Origin: an uncultured Candidatus Peribacteria bacterium
GTDB taxonomy: Bacteria > Patescibacteriota > Gracilibacteria > Peribacterales > Peribacteraceae
NCBI GenBank assembly: GCA_964624905.1
Contig: CAZUYK010000009.1
Location: 258-64,257 of the forward strand
DNA: 64,000 nucleotides
Direction of reading: 5' to 3'
Under the pieces are notes generated by a model. It was given only the letters and a program-made list of their open reading frames with translations. It ran no database searches and was not told the origin of the DNA. The position numbers were made by a program, and so were the translations under genes. Within the stretch, counting starts at the first letter, position 1; the number at the start of each line of letters is the position of its first letter. Positions 8,747 through 17,017 of the stretch are shown piece after piece.

Positions 8747-9394
8747 GTGAATCTCGAGTACTCCAATATCGATTGGGAAAAGAGGATAAGCGAAGTCAAG
8801 CTGGACCTTCAGGACATTTGGCATTCGAACCGGGGATTGATGGATCGCGGCGTCGGCGATACGCGTTTTGACAAGCTTGTCGACGAAATATTGTATGTGC
8901 CTCAGCGTGAAAACGAGTCGGAACCGTTGCGCATCGTTCCTATCAAAAAAATAGAAAACCTATCTTTTTCCGAGAAGAATCGTTTGTCTGCCTCGAAAGA
9001 GCATATGTTTGCAAGTCATGTGTGGAATCTTATCCGGGATTTTTACCGTGAACAGAACGAATGCTTCAAAGGTCTTTCCAAGGATCGTATTGTCACCGCT
9101 GTGAGGCAGGAAATACGTGCCTGCCTTCAGAATGATGATCAATCTTCCAAAGTGTATGAAGATGCGCTTCGCACTGCGTCCGTGAATGCATTCGTTGCCT
9201 TGGACGATGCATTGGCCGAAGCGATCCTGTCGACTTTGGATTATGCTAATCGGGAAGCCGCAGTGAATGAGGCGCTCAAGGCCTTTAATGACGGACAGCT
9301 GAAAGGAGAATATATAAAGGACGATGAGCCCACGGAAGAAAATATCCTGCATGCGTATGTAACGAAAATTATCGACACGTACATGCATGTCTGA
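8747..9394 (+). CDS. hypothetical protein (AT-richer orphan gene)
   Basis: ORF 8615..9394 with the start placed at the GTG just after the strong promoter; an alternative ATG lies at 8684. No recognisable motif, in particular no Walker A. It is visibly more AT-rich than its neighbours. Confidence 0.5.
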   Translation: MNLEYSNIDWEKRISEVKLDLQDIWHSNRGLMDRGVGDTRFDKLVDEILYVPQRENESEPLRIVPIKKIENLSFSEKNRLSASKEHMFASHVWNLIRDFYREQNECFKGLSKDRIVTAVRQEIRACLQNDDQSSKVYEDALRTASVNAFVALDDALAEAILSTLDYANREAAVNEALKAFNDGQLKGEYIKDDEPTEENILHAYVTKIIDTYMHV

Positions 9395-9458
9395 AAGTGC
9401 CGTCGTGGTCTTGATGCAGCAGGTGACATAATCGGTCTTTTGCCCTACCATCCTGTCC

Positions 9459-10412
9459 ATGTCCGTGCAGGCGCCGACATCGACGCTCATCCGCAACGGC
9501 TGGAGACAGGCCCTTGCTTCGCTGAAGCACGGAAGGGGATGGAGCGGGACGCTGGGTGCGTTTACCGTGACGCTTCTTTTGTTGCAGTGCCTGCTCCTGT
9601 TCGCGTTCTCGGTGCGCGGGATCAACCAGAATCTCCTCGAACGCGCCGGATTGCATTTGGAGGTGTTATCGACGGCGCGTGACCAGGAAATCCAGGAGTT
9701 CTACGCCGTTCTGAAAGACCATCCGTCCGTGCAGCACGTGGACTACGTTCCCAAGGAGAAGGCGTACGAACAGGAGAAGTTGGCGGACCCGGAACTCGTG
9801 TCCTTCCTGGAGCAATACAAGTTGAATAACCCCTTCCCGGATAGTTTCTTGGTGACGTTGCGCGGCTCCGACGATTACGCCGCCCTTCTTGCCACCGTCC
9901 AGCAGGAGAAGTACCGCGCGGTGCTGGACCCCTCCTCGCTCACGTCCGTGTCCGAACAGGAGAGGGACCTGCAGGGAATCCTTCGGATGACACAGGCGTT
10001 CCAAGCGTTCGCATTCGCATTCGCGGTCCTTTCCGGACTCATCCTCTGCGCCATGATGGCCGAATACGTGGGGCGTGCGCTCCGCGGACGCAAAGACGAA
10101 TTCGTCCTCCAAAACGCCCTTGGCGCGGCGCATGTGTCATTGGTTTCCCTGCTTGCGTCTGAGATCACGGCGTTGCTCCTCATGGCGTTCGCCATCGCAT
10201 CGGTGCTGACGGTCGCGGTCGTCGTGTCGGCGCCGCTCGCCGTCTCGGCTTTCAGTACGAACGATATTTTCATCCAGTTGCAGACAGCCATCCGCCCCTT
10301 CCTGTTCACGGCCATCCCGGCAACCGTCGTCATCGAACTACTGCTTCTTCCTGTGTGCGCATGGGGCATTACGTCATTCCGTATCAAGAGGAGCCTATCC
10401 CGTCCGTCGTAA
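9459..10412 (+). CDS. ftsX: cell division permease FtsX-like protein
   Basis: It has one N-terminal TM helix, a periplasmic alpha/beta domain (YVPKEKAYEQEK..NPFPDSFLV) and three C-terminal TM helices, which is FtsX topology. Confidence 0.8.
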   Translation: MSVQAPTSTLIRNGWRQALASLKHGRGWSGTLGAFTVTLLLLQCLLLFAFSVRGINQNLLERAGLHLEVLSTARDQEIQEFYAVLKDHPSVQHVDYVPKEKAYEQEKLADPELVSFLEQYKLNNPFPDSFLVTLRGSDDYAALLATVQQEKYRAVLDPSSLTSVSEQERDLQGILRMTQAFQAFAFAFAVLSGLILCAMMAEYVGRALRGRKDEFVLQNALGAAHVSLVSLLASEITALLLMAFAIASVLTVAVVVSAPLAVSAFSTNDIFIQLQTAIRPFLFTAIPATVVIELLLLPVCAWGITSFRIKRSLSRPS

Positions 10413-10416
10413 CCGC

Positions 10417-11064
10417 ATGTCCCGGTCCTCCGTCATGGACGGCATCGTGATGCGCACGATCGATATCGGCGAGGCCGACCGACTGTGCATCCTGTTCACG
10501 AAGGAGGCGGGCCTCATCGCCGCGCGCGCGAAGGCCGTGCGCAAGCCGGGGAGTCGGATGGGGGGAACGTTGCTGCCCATGCGGAGGGTGCAGGCGGAGA
10601 TGGTGCAGACGGATAAGAACGCGATCATCACCGGCGCACGCGTGATCGGGGAGATGCCGAAGGACGCCAAGGATGCGTCCCTCTTCCTGTTCCTGCGATT
10701 CGGCCAGGCGGCCGAGATGGTTCTGGCGCTGACGGAAGAAGGCGAGCCCATGCCGAAGATTTACGATCTCCTGTGCCAGTTTCTGCAGATCGCGGGTACG
10801 GAAGAAGACCCTCTTCCGGCGTTCCAGTTGCGATTGCTGTTCCTGCTTGGGTTGTTGCCGTACCAGCAGGACGACCGGCGTTACGCGAAGCTCTCGCGCG
10901 AGGCGCAGATGTGCGTCGCCGCGTTCGCGAATAACGCGCCGCTCCCGGCGTTCATGGATCTCCCGCTGCGCATGGAAGAAATCGACCGTTTCCGTACCCT
11001 TCTAATACAGGATTCGCTGAACCGTCCGTTGCGATCGGCGGGGCTGCATATGACGCAGTACTAA
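10417..11064 (+). CDS. recO: DNA repair protein RecO
   Basis: N-terminal OB-fold pattern DGIVMRTIDIGEADRLCILFTKEAGLIAARAKAVRK and typical length. Confidence 0.85.
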   Translation: MSRSSVMDGIVMRTIDIGEADRLCILFTKEAGLIAARAKAVRKPGSRMGGTLLPMRRVQAEMVQTDKNAIITGARVIGEMPKDAKDASLFLFLRFGQAAEMVLALTEEGEPMPKIYDLLCQFLQIAGTEEDPLPAFQLRLLFLLGLLPYQQDDRRYAKLSREAQMCVAAFANNAPLPAFMDLPLRMEEIDRFRTLLIQDSLNRPLRSAGLHMTQY

Positions 11065-11070
11065 AGGCGT

Positions 11071-12363
11071 CTATTCCGCGATATCAGATTCGAACCACGT
11101 GGGCACCTCCGCAGCGCTTCCGCTGCCCGTGGCCGGCATGTTCGCCACGCCCACCAGGTAGTACAGGGGACGTGCCTGGTAGTTCGAGAACACGGGCTCC
11201 GTCTTTTCGGTTCCATCCACGTTCTTCACGATGCGGTACCACGCCGCCTTCAGTCCGGGGACGCGTTCGCCGACTTTCTTTTTCTCGCCGGGCGCGAGGT
11301 CCGTGGTGTATTCCGTCCTGTCCGGCGGCGGGGCCACGCGGTCCCAGATGTACGGACCCACGACGTTGCTCACGCGGTCGTCATGCGTGCCGTAGTAGAT
11401 GAAAAACGCGAGATCGCCCTTGGCGTAGGTCTGCATGAGCAGGGCACCGGGGCTGTCGTTCTTGAACTTGATGTCGACGTTCGGCGGATACACCGTGGCG
11501 TCCGTTCCTTGGGGGAAATAGTGGCTGACGCTGTAACTGTGGTTCCTGCGCTGCGTTATGGGGAAGCCGTATTCCCATACCCCTCGGTATGCCGTGGAGC
11601 TCACCTGGCACAGCCCTCCGCCGTAGTCCGGCACGGTTTGGTCCCCCTTGATGACAAGTTCCTTCAGGTAGCCCGTGGACCCGTCGACGGGTCCCAGTGT
11701 TTCGACGAAGGAAAACACGGAGTCCTTCGGGATGAGGTGTCCGTTGAATTTCGCGAGGCCCGTGGCGATGTTATGCCTGCGGTTTGCCGGCGAGTTATCG
11801 AAGTTCGATTCGCCGATCGTCACGATTTCCCGTATCCCGGCCGCCTGCAGCGCAGGGTCGAGCACGGTCACCTTGGGCTGCGTTTCGATGATCGGCAGCT
11901 CCACGTCCGCGATACCTTTCTCCATGGCGGCCTCCGTCAGGTCCGCCGCCCCGTCCAGGTCGATCCTGCGGCCCGTCAGTCCCACGCCGTCGAAGATGAT
12001 TTTCCCCTTCGCGTCTTTGCTGATCGTAACGTCGCTTGCCTCCCGGTTGAGCGTCCATCCCGCATGTTTTTCAATGACGGCCTTGATCGCTTCGCGGTTC
12101 GAAGCGGGGCGTCTCTCCTCTTTTACGCCCGTCGGCAGCGGGGGCGTCACATCGCCGTCCACCAGCCACTCCTGCGCCGGTTGGATCGGTTCACCATTGA
12201 GCGTCCATACGTCCTCCTGCAATTTCTGGTTCGAAAATTCCTTCGTTTGGATCACGAAGATGTAATGCTTATGGCGGTACGTGATCGACGTCACCGCGGC
12301 ATGCGCGGAGAGGGGGAGGAACCATGTCAGAACGAAGCCGGCGAAAAGGACGGTGCGTCGCAC
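11071..12363 (-). CDS. VanW family protein
   Basis: The VanW core is GGGLCQVSSTAYRGVWEYGFPITQRRNHSY..YFPQGTDATV. It also has an N-terminal signal/TM segment. Confidence 0.85.
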   Translation of the reverse strand: MRRTVLFAGFVLTWFLPLSAHAAVTSITYRHKHYIFVIQTKEFSNQKLQEDVWTLNGEPIQPAQEWLVDGDVTPPLPTGVKEERRPASNREAIKAVIEKHAGWTLNREASDVTISKDAKGKIIFDGVGLTGRRIDLDGAADLTEAAMEKGIADVELPIIETQPKVTVLDPALQAAGIREIVTIGESNFDNSPANRRHNIATGLAKFNGHLIPKDSVFSFVETLGPVDGSTGYLKELVIKGDQTVPDYGGGLCQVSSTAYRGVWEYGFPITQRRNHSYSVSHYFPQGTDATVYPPNVDIKFKNDSPGALLMQTYAKGDLAFFIYYGTHDDRVSNVVGPYIWDRVAPPPDRTEYTTDLAPGEKKKVGERVPGLKAAWYRIVKNVDGTEKTEPVFSNYQARPLYYLVGVANMPATGSGSAAEVPTWFESDIAE

Positions 12364-12388
12364 GGCCGCATTGTGAGGCCTGAGCCTC

Positions 12389-13057
12389 TCAGTGCCAAGA
12401 GGATCGCTGATTTTGTTGGCGGTAGATGTCGCCGGCGGACTGGGTTTGATGTGGCTTGTCGAAGAGCGAGGATTGGGGCGCGGGGCGTAGGGATTGGTGC
12501 GGGGTGGGGTCGGGCAGTTCGTCCAATGCCTTGTTTACCAACGCGTCGGCGCGGTGGTTGTCCCCGCGCGGGATGTGCTCGAAGACGACGTCCGCCAGTT
12601 CCTGGCTCAATTCCCGGATCTCGTCGACGAAAGGCTTGAGCGTCGCCATCTTCACCTGGTATTCGCCGCGCACCTGCTTCACCACCAGCTCGCTGTCCAA
12701 GTGGCAGATGAGGCGGTTGGGTTGGTAGGCGAGGGCCATTTTCAATCCTTCGATGAGCGCGCGGTACTCGGCCACGTTGTTGGTTTCCACCCCGATGCGT
12801 TCGTACATCTGGTCCAGTACCTCTCCCTTCACGGGGTCTTCCAAAATAGCCGCGATGGCCGCCTGTCCGGGATTGCCGCGGGAACCTCCATCGGTGAAAA
12901 GGTGCAACACGCCGCCCACCGATTTGGGGAGATCGTTTTCCGGATTCGGTTCCTTGGTGAGCGCTTCCTCCAAAATCTGCGCCACGAATTTCTCCCGTTC
13001 GCGCACCTTCGGAAACAGTTCCGCGAGTCGTCGTTCAAGGTTGGCGGGGAGGCGCAT
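12389..13057 (-). CDS. rnhA: RNase HI-family ribonuclease with N-terminal RHH-like extension
   Basis: RNase H core: FTDGGSRGNPGQAA, NNVAEYRALIEGL, DSELVVKQ, RGDNHRADALVN. The first roughly 40 aa (MRLPANLERRLAEL..KFVAQILEEAL) look like a ribbon-helix-helix domain. Confidence 0.8.
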   Translation of the reverse strand: MRLPANLERRLAELFPKVREREKFVAQILEEALTKEPNPENDLPKSVGGVLHLFTDGGSRGNPGQAAIAAILEDPVKGEVLDQMYERIGVETNNVAEYRALIEGLKMALAYQPNRLICHLDSELVVKQVRGEYQVKMATLKPFVDEIRELSQELADVVFEHIPRGDNHRADALVNKALDELPDPTPHQSLRPAPQSSLFDKPHQTQSAGDIYRQQNQRSSWH

Positions 13058-13116
13058 GGCGCCAAGTATAGGCTTGGATTAGGTAGGAGGCTACTTATGA
13101 CTTGGTCGTCAGCTTG

Positions 13117-13183
13117 TAGCTTCGTTAGCTTCATTAGCAAATCGCATTTCAAAACAGTCTTCCTAACGAAGCTAAAGAAGCTA
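13117..13183. repeat. long imperfect inverted repeat (19 of 21 bp stem, 25-nt loop) built from AGCTTCNTTAGC units
   Basis: TAGCTTCGTTAGCTTCATTAG at 13117-13137 pairs with CTAACGAAGCTAAAGAAGCTA at 13163-13183. Outer arms AGGTAGGA (13081-13088) and TCCTACCT (13188-13195) extend it. The right arm covers the stop codon of the S41 protease gene. Confidence 0.7.
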
Positions 13184-14461
13184 GTTTCCTACCTTCGCCC
13201 CGCTTCCCGTCGGCACGCTCACCTTGCCTTCCGTGAGGAACTGGAGCGCTGCATCGAGCTGCCTGTCCGCGTCCACGGGTGCATTCTCTTGCTGCTGCAC
13301 CGTCACGTCCGGCGATACCCCTTCCTTGCTGAGATCCCGTCCATTCGGCGTATGCCACTTCGCGATCGTGACGCGTAGGCTGCTTCCGCCCGGAAGGTCG
13401 ATGACTTCCTGCACCGTACCCTTGCCGAAGCTCTTCATGCCGATGATCGTAGCGCGCTTATTGTCCTGCAGGGCTCCCGCCAGGATTTCCGAGGCGGAGG
13501 CCGAGCCTTCGTTGATGAGTATCACAAGAGGGATAGCGGGGAGGATCGCATTACCTGAAACCTTCTGCACGTCTACCGGTTCGTCGCGGCGTACCACCGA
13601 TACCACGTCGCCCTGCGCCATGAGCATCGATGCGATGTCCACCGCCCCGTTCAGGTAGCCTCCGCCGTTGTAACGCAGGTCGATGATGAGGCCCTTGATG
13701 CCGTCCGGCTTGATGTCCCGCAGGATGGAGTCGACCTCCTGCACCGTTTCGGATCCGAACTGATGCACCGACAGGAGTCCGATGCTGCCCGTCGCGGTTT
13801 GCTTCACTTCGTACTCCGTGCTCGGCACGTGGATTTCCGCTCGCGTGATGGTGAAGAAGCGCGGTTCTTTGTCGCCGTCGCGGTACACCTCGATCTTCAC
13901 GTTCGTTCCCTCTTTCCCGCGGATGCGGCTGACGACGGTATTCAGCGGTTGTCCGAATGAGTCCCAGTCATCCACCGACAGGATGATGTCCTTCGGCAAC
14001 AAGCCGGAGTGTTCGGCGGGGGAGCCCTTCACGATGCCCACGATCACGATGTTTTCGTTGTTGACCGTCAGCTCCGCCCCGATGCCTTCCAGGTCGCCAT
14101 TCAGGGAATCGCGGAAGTCGACGTTCTCATCCGGCGTCATGAAGACGGTGTAGGGGTCGCCCGCGGACGCCACCATGCCTCTCACCGCCCCGTAGACCAT
14201 CTGCTGCGCGTTGAGTCCGGCCGTATCGATATACTTGTCCAACAGCAGGTTCCACACGCCCCACAGCAGCCCGATGTTCACGTCTTTCTGGGGGTCCGTT
14301 ATCGTCGCGCCGCTTTCCGTCGCGCTCACGTACAGGCTGTCCAGCCGCGTCTGCAGGTCGGTTACTTCCTTCTGCGCCGTGCGCATGCCAAGCTGCCACC
14401 CCAGGATGAGGGTGAAGAGAGGAAGGGCGATGAGAGGGAAAATACGGGAGAATTTGGACAT
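13181..14461 (-). CDS. S41 family carboxy-terminal processing peptidase
   Basis: It has an N-terminal TM helix, a PDZ-like segment (GSPAEHSGLLPKDIILSVDD) and S41 motifs RYNGGGYL and NEGSASASEILAGAL. Confidence 0.9.
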   Translation of the reverse strand: MSKFSRIFPLIALPLFTLILGWQLGMRTAQKEVTDLQTRLDSLYVSATESGATITDPQKDVNIGLLWGVWNLLLDKYIDTAGLNAQQMVYGAVRGMVASAGDPYTVFMTPDENVDFRDSLNGDLEGIGAELTVNNENIVIVGIVKGSPAEHSGLLPKDIILSVDDWDSFGQPLNTVVSRIRGKEGTNVKIEVYRDGDKEPRFFTITRAEIHVPSTEYEVKQTATGSIGLLSVHQFGSETVQEVDSILRDIKPDGIKGLIIDLRYNGGGYLNGAVDIASMLMAQGDVVSVVRRDEPVDVQKVSGNAILPAIPLVILINEGSASASEILAGALQDNKRATIIGMKSFGKGTVQEVIDLPGGSSLRVTIAKWHTPNGRDLSKEGVSPDVTVQQQENAPVDADRQLDAALQFLTEGKVSVPTGSGAKVGN

Positions 14462-14517
14462 GCGAATGCCGGGAAATTCGTTGGAGCGGGTCGGTCCGTG
14501 CGGTAGGCTTTCAGCAT

Positions 14518-15147
14518 ATGCCCGCCTCCAAGGCAGCGCCAGTGGCTTCCGCTCAAAAAAACGGGAAAAACACGTCCCCGGACCTGTTGATCCGAAAGGA
14601 CATGCGCGTATCCGAAATCGTCGCGCTGCTTCCGGAAAGCGAATCCCTTCTGGCCGAGTATGGCTTGAGCTGCTTCAGTTGCAGCGCGAATGCCTATGAA
14701 ACGCTCGCCGAGGGCTGCGCCTCCCACGGGTTTTCCGACGAGGATATCAACGACCTTACAGCGGACCTCAACATCCTGCTCTCGCAGCGTCCCGAACGCC
14801 CGCAGACGCTGACGGTGACCAAGGAAGCCGCGGAGCACTTGAAGGCGATCCTGACGGAGCAGGGAACGCTGGCCAACGGACTGACGGTGGGACTGGATGA
14901 GAACGGGGGTTTTTGCATGGAATCATCCGAGAAGCCCGGGGACGCCAAGACATTCGTGAACGACGCGGTGCCTGACATGAAGATCCATGCGGCCGTCGTC
15001 ACGCTCAAGCGCATCGGGGGCGCGACGATCGATTTTCGCGAGGGGCGTTTCAAATTGGACCTGCCCGAGGATGCGAAGAAGAAAAGCTGTGCCTGCAAGG
15101 GCGGCGGGGAGTGCGAGTGTGGCGGCGAAGGGAAGTGCGGGTGCTGA
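14518..15147 (+). CDS. DUF1858 (CxxC redox-disulfide) domain fused to a HesB/IscA-like A-type carrier domain with a Cys/Gly-rich tail
   Basis: The N-terminal half, IRKDMRVSEIVALLPESESLLAEYGLSCFSC..ETLAEGCASHG, resembles DUF1858. The C-terminal half, LTVTKEAAEHLKAIL..GLTVGLDENGGFC..IDFREGRFKL, resembles IscA/HesB. The tail is SCACKGGGECECGGEGKCGC. Confidence 0.7.
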   Translation: MPASKAAPVASAQKNGKNTSPDLLIRKDMRVSEIVALLPESESLLAEYGLSCFSCSANAYETLAEGCASHGFSDEDINDLTADLNILLSQRPERPQTLTVTKEAAEHLKAILTEQGTLANGLTVGLDENGGFCMESSEKPGDAKTFVNDAVPDMKIHAAVVTLKRIGGATIDFREGRFKLDLPEDAKKKSCACKGGGECECGGEGKCGC

Positions 15148-15191
15148 AAAAACCGCCCCGCGAGGAGGCGGCGGTGATTGCCGTGGCAATC
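15147..15191. terminator. two tandem hairpins between convergent genes
   Basis: An A6 run precedes CCGCC/GGCGG, which gives a T6-tailed terminator on the minus strand. A second perfect GATTGCC/GGCAATC hairpin lies at 15176-15191. Confidence 0.5.
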
Positions 15192-15197
15192 AGTGGT

Positions 15198-15623
15198 TCA
15201 GCCGAATACTTTCGTGATCTTCGGTTGGTTGTGGATGCGCCCGAGCATGTACTCGAATGTGATCGTGCTGTTCTCGGGGTAGCGTTGGAACTGGTGCAGG
15301 GAGACGTACGCCGAGGCAGTCCAGCCGTCGCATTCGATGATCAGTTCGTAACTCATATGCCCAGGGCTTTCGTACACGTATCCTTCGGAATCCGCCGATG
15401 TCTCGGGCTCGTTCCATTTGGACTTCGTCCTACGCACGGTTCCCTTGCCGAGCTTGCGCTCGCGCCAGGCAAAGTTGAGCACATGATCCATGGTACACAG
15501 GAACAAAATCAGCCAGATGGCGTGTACCACAACGAAGATTATCCAACCCAGTACCTGCAACGGACTCGTGATCGGCAGCAAGTCCTGCAAGATCGATCCG
15601 TAGATCTTTTTCAAAACGTCCAT
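15198..15623 (-). CDS. hypothetical membrane protein
   Basis: AGGAGG lies 4 nt upstream of the ATG at 15623. It has one long hydrophobic segment (LQVLGWIIFVVVHAIWLILFLC) and a soluble C-terminal domain. No family recognised. Confidence 0.65.
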   Translation of the reverse strand: MDVLKKIYGSILQDLLPITSPLQVLGWIIFVVVHAIWLILFLCTMDHVLNFAWRERKLGKGTVRRTKSKWNEPETSADSEGYVYESPGHMSYELIIECDGWTASAYVSLHQFQRYPENSTITFEYMLGRIHNQPKITKVFG

Positions 15624-15697
15624 AGTGCCTCCTAATTCCAAAGATCAGTCTGAACAATATGTATTTTGATATATATCTTATATTTTAGCAAATCATC

Positions 15698-15723
15698 AAA
15701 AACGGGGCCCAAGAGCCCCGTTT
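15698..15723 (-). terminator. intrinsic terminator downstream of ndk
   Basis: Stem CGGGGC/GCCCCG with a 6-nt loop, followed by T5 on the minus strand. Confidence 0.7.
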
Positions 15724-15742
15724 CATTGTTTTATTTCCTATG

Positions 15743-16177
15743 TCAGTAGTTGAAGATTTCCTCCGGCTTGAAGAAGCGAGAGATCTCGGCCTTGGCCGCC
15801 TCCTCGCTGTCCGAGGCATGGGCGATGTTCAACATCTTCGATTCCGGTCCGCCCTTGGTTCCGAACTCCGCACGGATCGTGCCGGGTGCGGCGAGCGCGC
15901 TGTCCGTCACGCCGAGCATGTCGCGGATCTTGGCGATGACGTCGTCACCCTCGAGGACAAGGGCGATGACGGGCGTCGAGCTCATGAACTTCTCCACGTC
16001 CGGGTAGAAGGGTTTGGCGGCGATGTGCGCGTAGTGTTCGCGCAGGATTTCGGGGCTGAGGTTGATCATCTTGCAGCCGAGGATCTTGAGTCCGGCGTCT
16101 TCGAAGCGGGTGATCACTTTTCCGCACACGCGCTGTGACACGGCGTCGGGTTTGAGGAGGATGAGGGTCTGTTGCAT
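15743..16177 (-). CDS. ndk: nucleoside-diphosphate kinase
   Basis: QQTLILLKPDAV, GPVIALVLEG-type core, TIRAEFG and NIAHASDS (active-site His) are all present. Confidence 0.95.
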   Translation of the reverse strand: MQQTLILLKPDAVSQRVCGKVITRFEDAGLKILGCKMINLSPEILREHYAHIAAKPFYPDVEKFMSSTPVIALVLEGDDVIAKIRDMLGVTDSALAAPGTIRAEFGTKGGPESKMLNIAHASDSEEAAKAEISRFFKPEEIFNY

Positions 16178-16274
16178 AGGGGTGGGGAAAAGAAAATAGC
16201 TTGTCCCGGCGTAGCCCTTAGGCGAAGCGGGAAGGCCCTATCTTTCACGAAGAAGGGCGGGATGACAAGGGAAA

Positions 16275-16925
16275 TTAACGCAGGGGTTTCTTGGGGCGCA
16301 GGGGGCGCGTCACTGCGTTTTCCTCGTTCTCCTTGATCCGCGCGCGAACCGGGGCAAGTCTTTTTTCCACGGCTGCATGCCTCTGGATGATGTTGCGCAG
16401 GCAGACGCGTTCGGCATCTTGGTCCGACGCGAATTTCTCATTGCACTGCTTCAGCAGTTCCTTCTCTTCCGCGGTGGTAAGGGACGTGCTGCCCTTCGTA
16501 TTCACTTCGCCTTTCTGTACGCGGACGATCGTCTGTTCGTCGAAGAACGCCTTGCGAACGTTACGTACCTGCTCCTGGAAGTATTTCCGCTTCTCCTGCA
16601 TCTGGTCGTTGAAAGCTTTCAGTGCGAGCGTGTATTCCTCGCTGATTCCATCGCCATCATGTTCCGCCCTCCATTCCTTCACTTGTCTCTTGTACCACAG
16701 GGAGAAGTTGTACTCGATCGTGCGGATGCGCTTCAACACGTCGGTGATGCAACGTCCGATTTCGCGACCCTCTTTTCCTTCGCACGTCAGGGAGGTGAGT
16801 TCGTGGGACAGTGATTCGATGGTCTCGGGCGTCTCCTCGGTCCATACTTCTTCGGCCATCGCTGCTTGGGCGAAGCCGAGTGACAGGGTTGCGAGTACCG
16901 AAGAAGCGACGATGCGTGCGTTCAT
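16275..16925 (-). CDS. secreted hypothetical protein
   Basis: Start chosen at MNARIV so that it begins with a signal peptide (..LSLGFAQAAMAEE). The rest is charged and helical with four Cys. No family recognised. Confidence 0.55.
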   Translation of the reverse strand: MNARIVASSVLATLSLGFAQAAMAEEVWTEETPETIESLSHELTSLTCEGKEGREIGRCITDVLKRIRTIEYNFSLWYKRQVKEWRAEHDGDGISEEYTLALKAFNDQMQEKRKYFQEQVRNVRKAFFDEQTIVRVQKGEVNTKGSTSLTTAEEKELLKQCNEKFASDQDAERVCLRNIIQRHAAVEKRLAPVRARIKENEENAVTRPLRPKKPLR

Positions 16926-17017
16926 GAAAAGATGGGGGACGGAGGCCTCCATTCTGACATGCCCGACCGCGGATGCAATGATGCAAGGCCACGATCAAGT
17001 CCTTCTGTCAGCAGTCT

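Noticed and set aside
11383-12639. A 418-aa ORF antisense to the VanW and RNase H genes. Similar long antisense ORFs lie at 6038-7357, 17189-18253, 27279-28445, 33126-34017 and elsewhere.
   Set aside because: For the same reason as above, GC-rich antisense frames lack stop codons. The real genes on the opposite strand carry clear family motifs.
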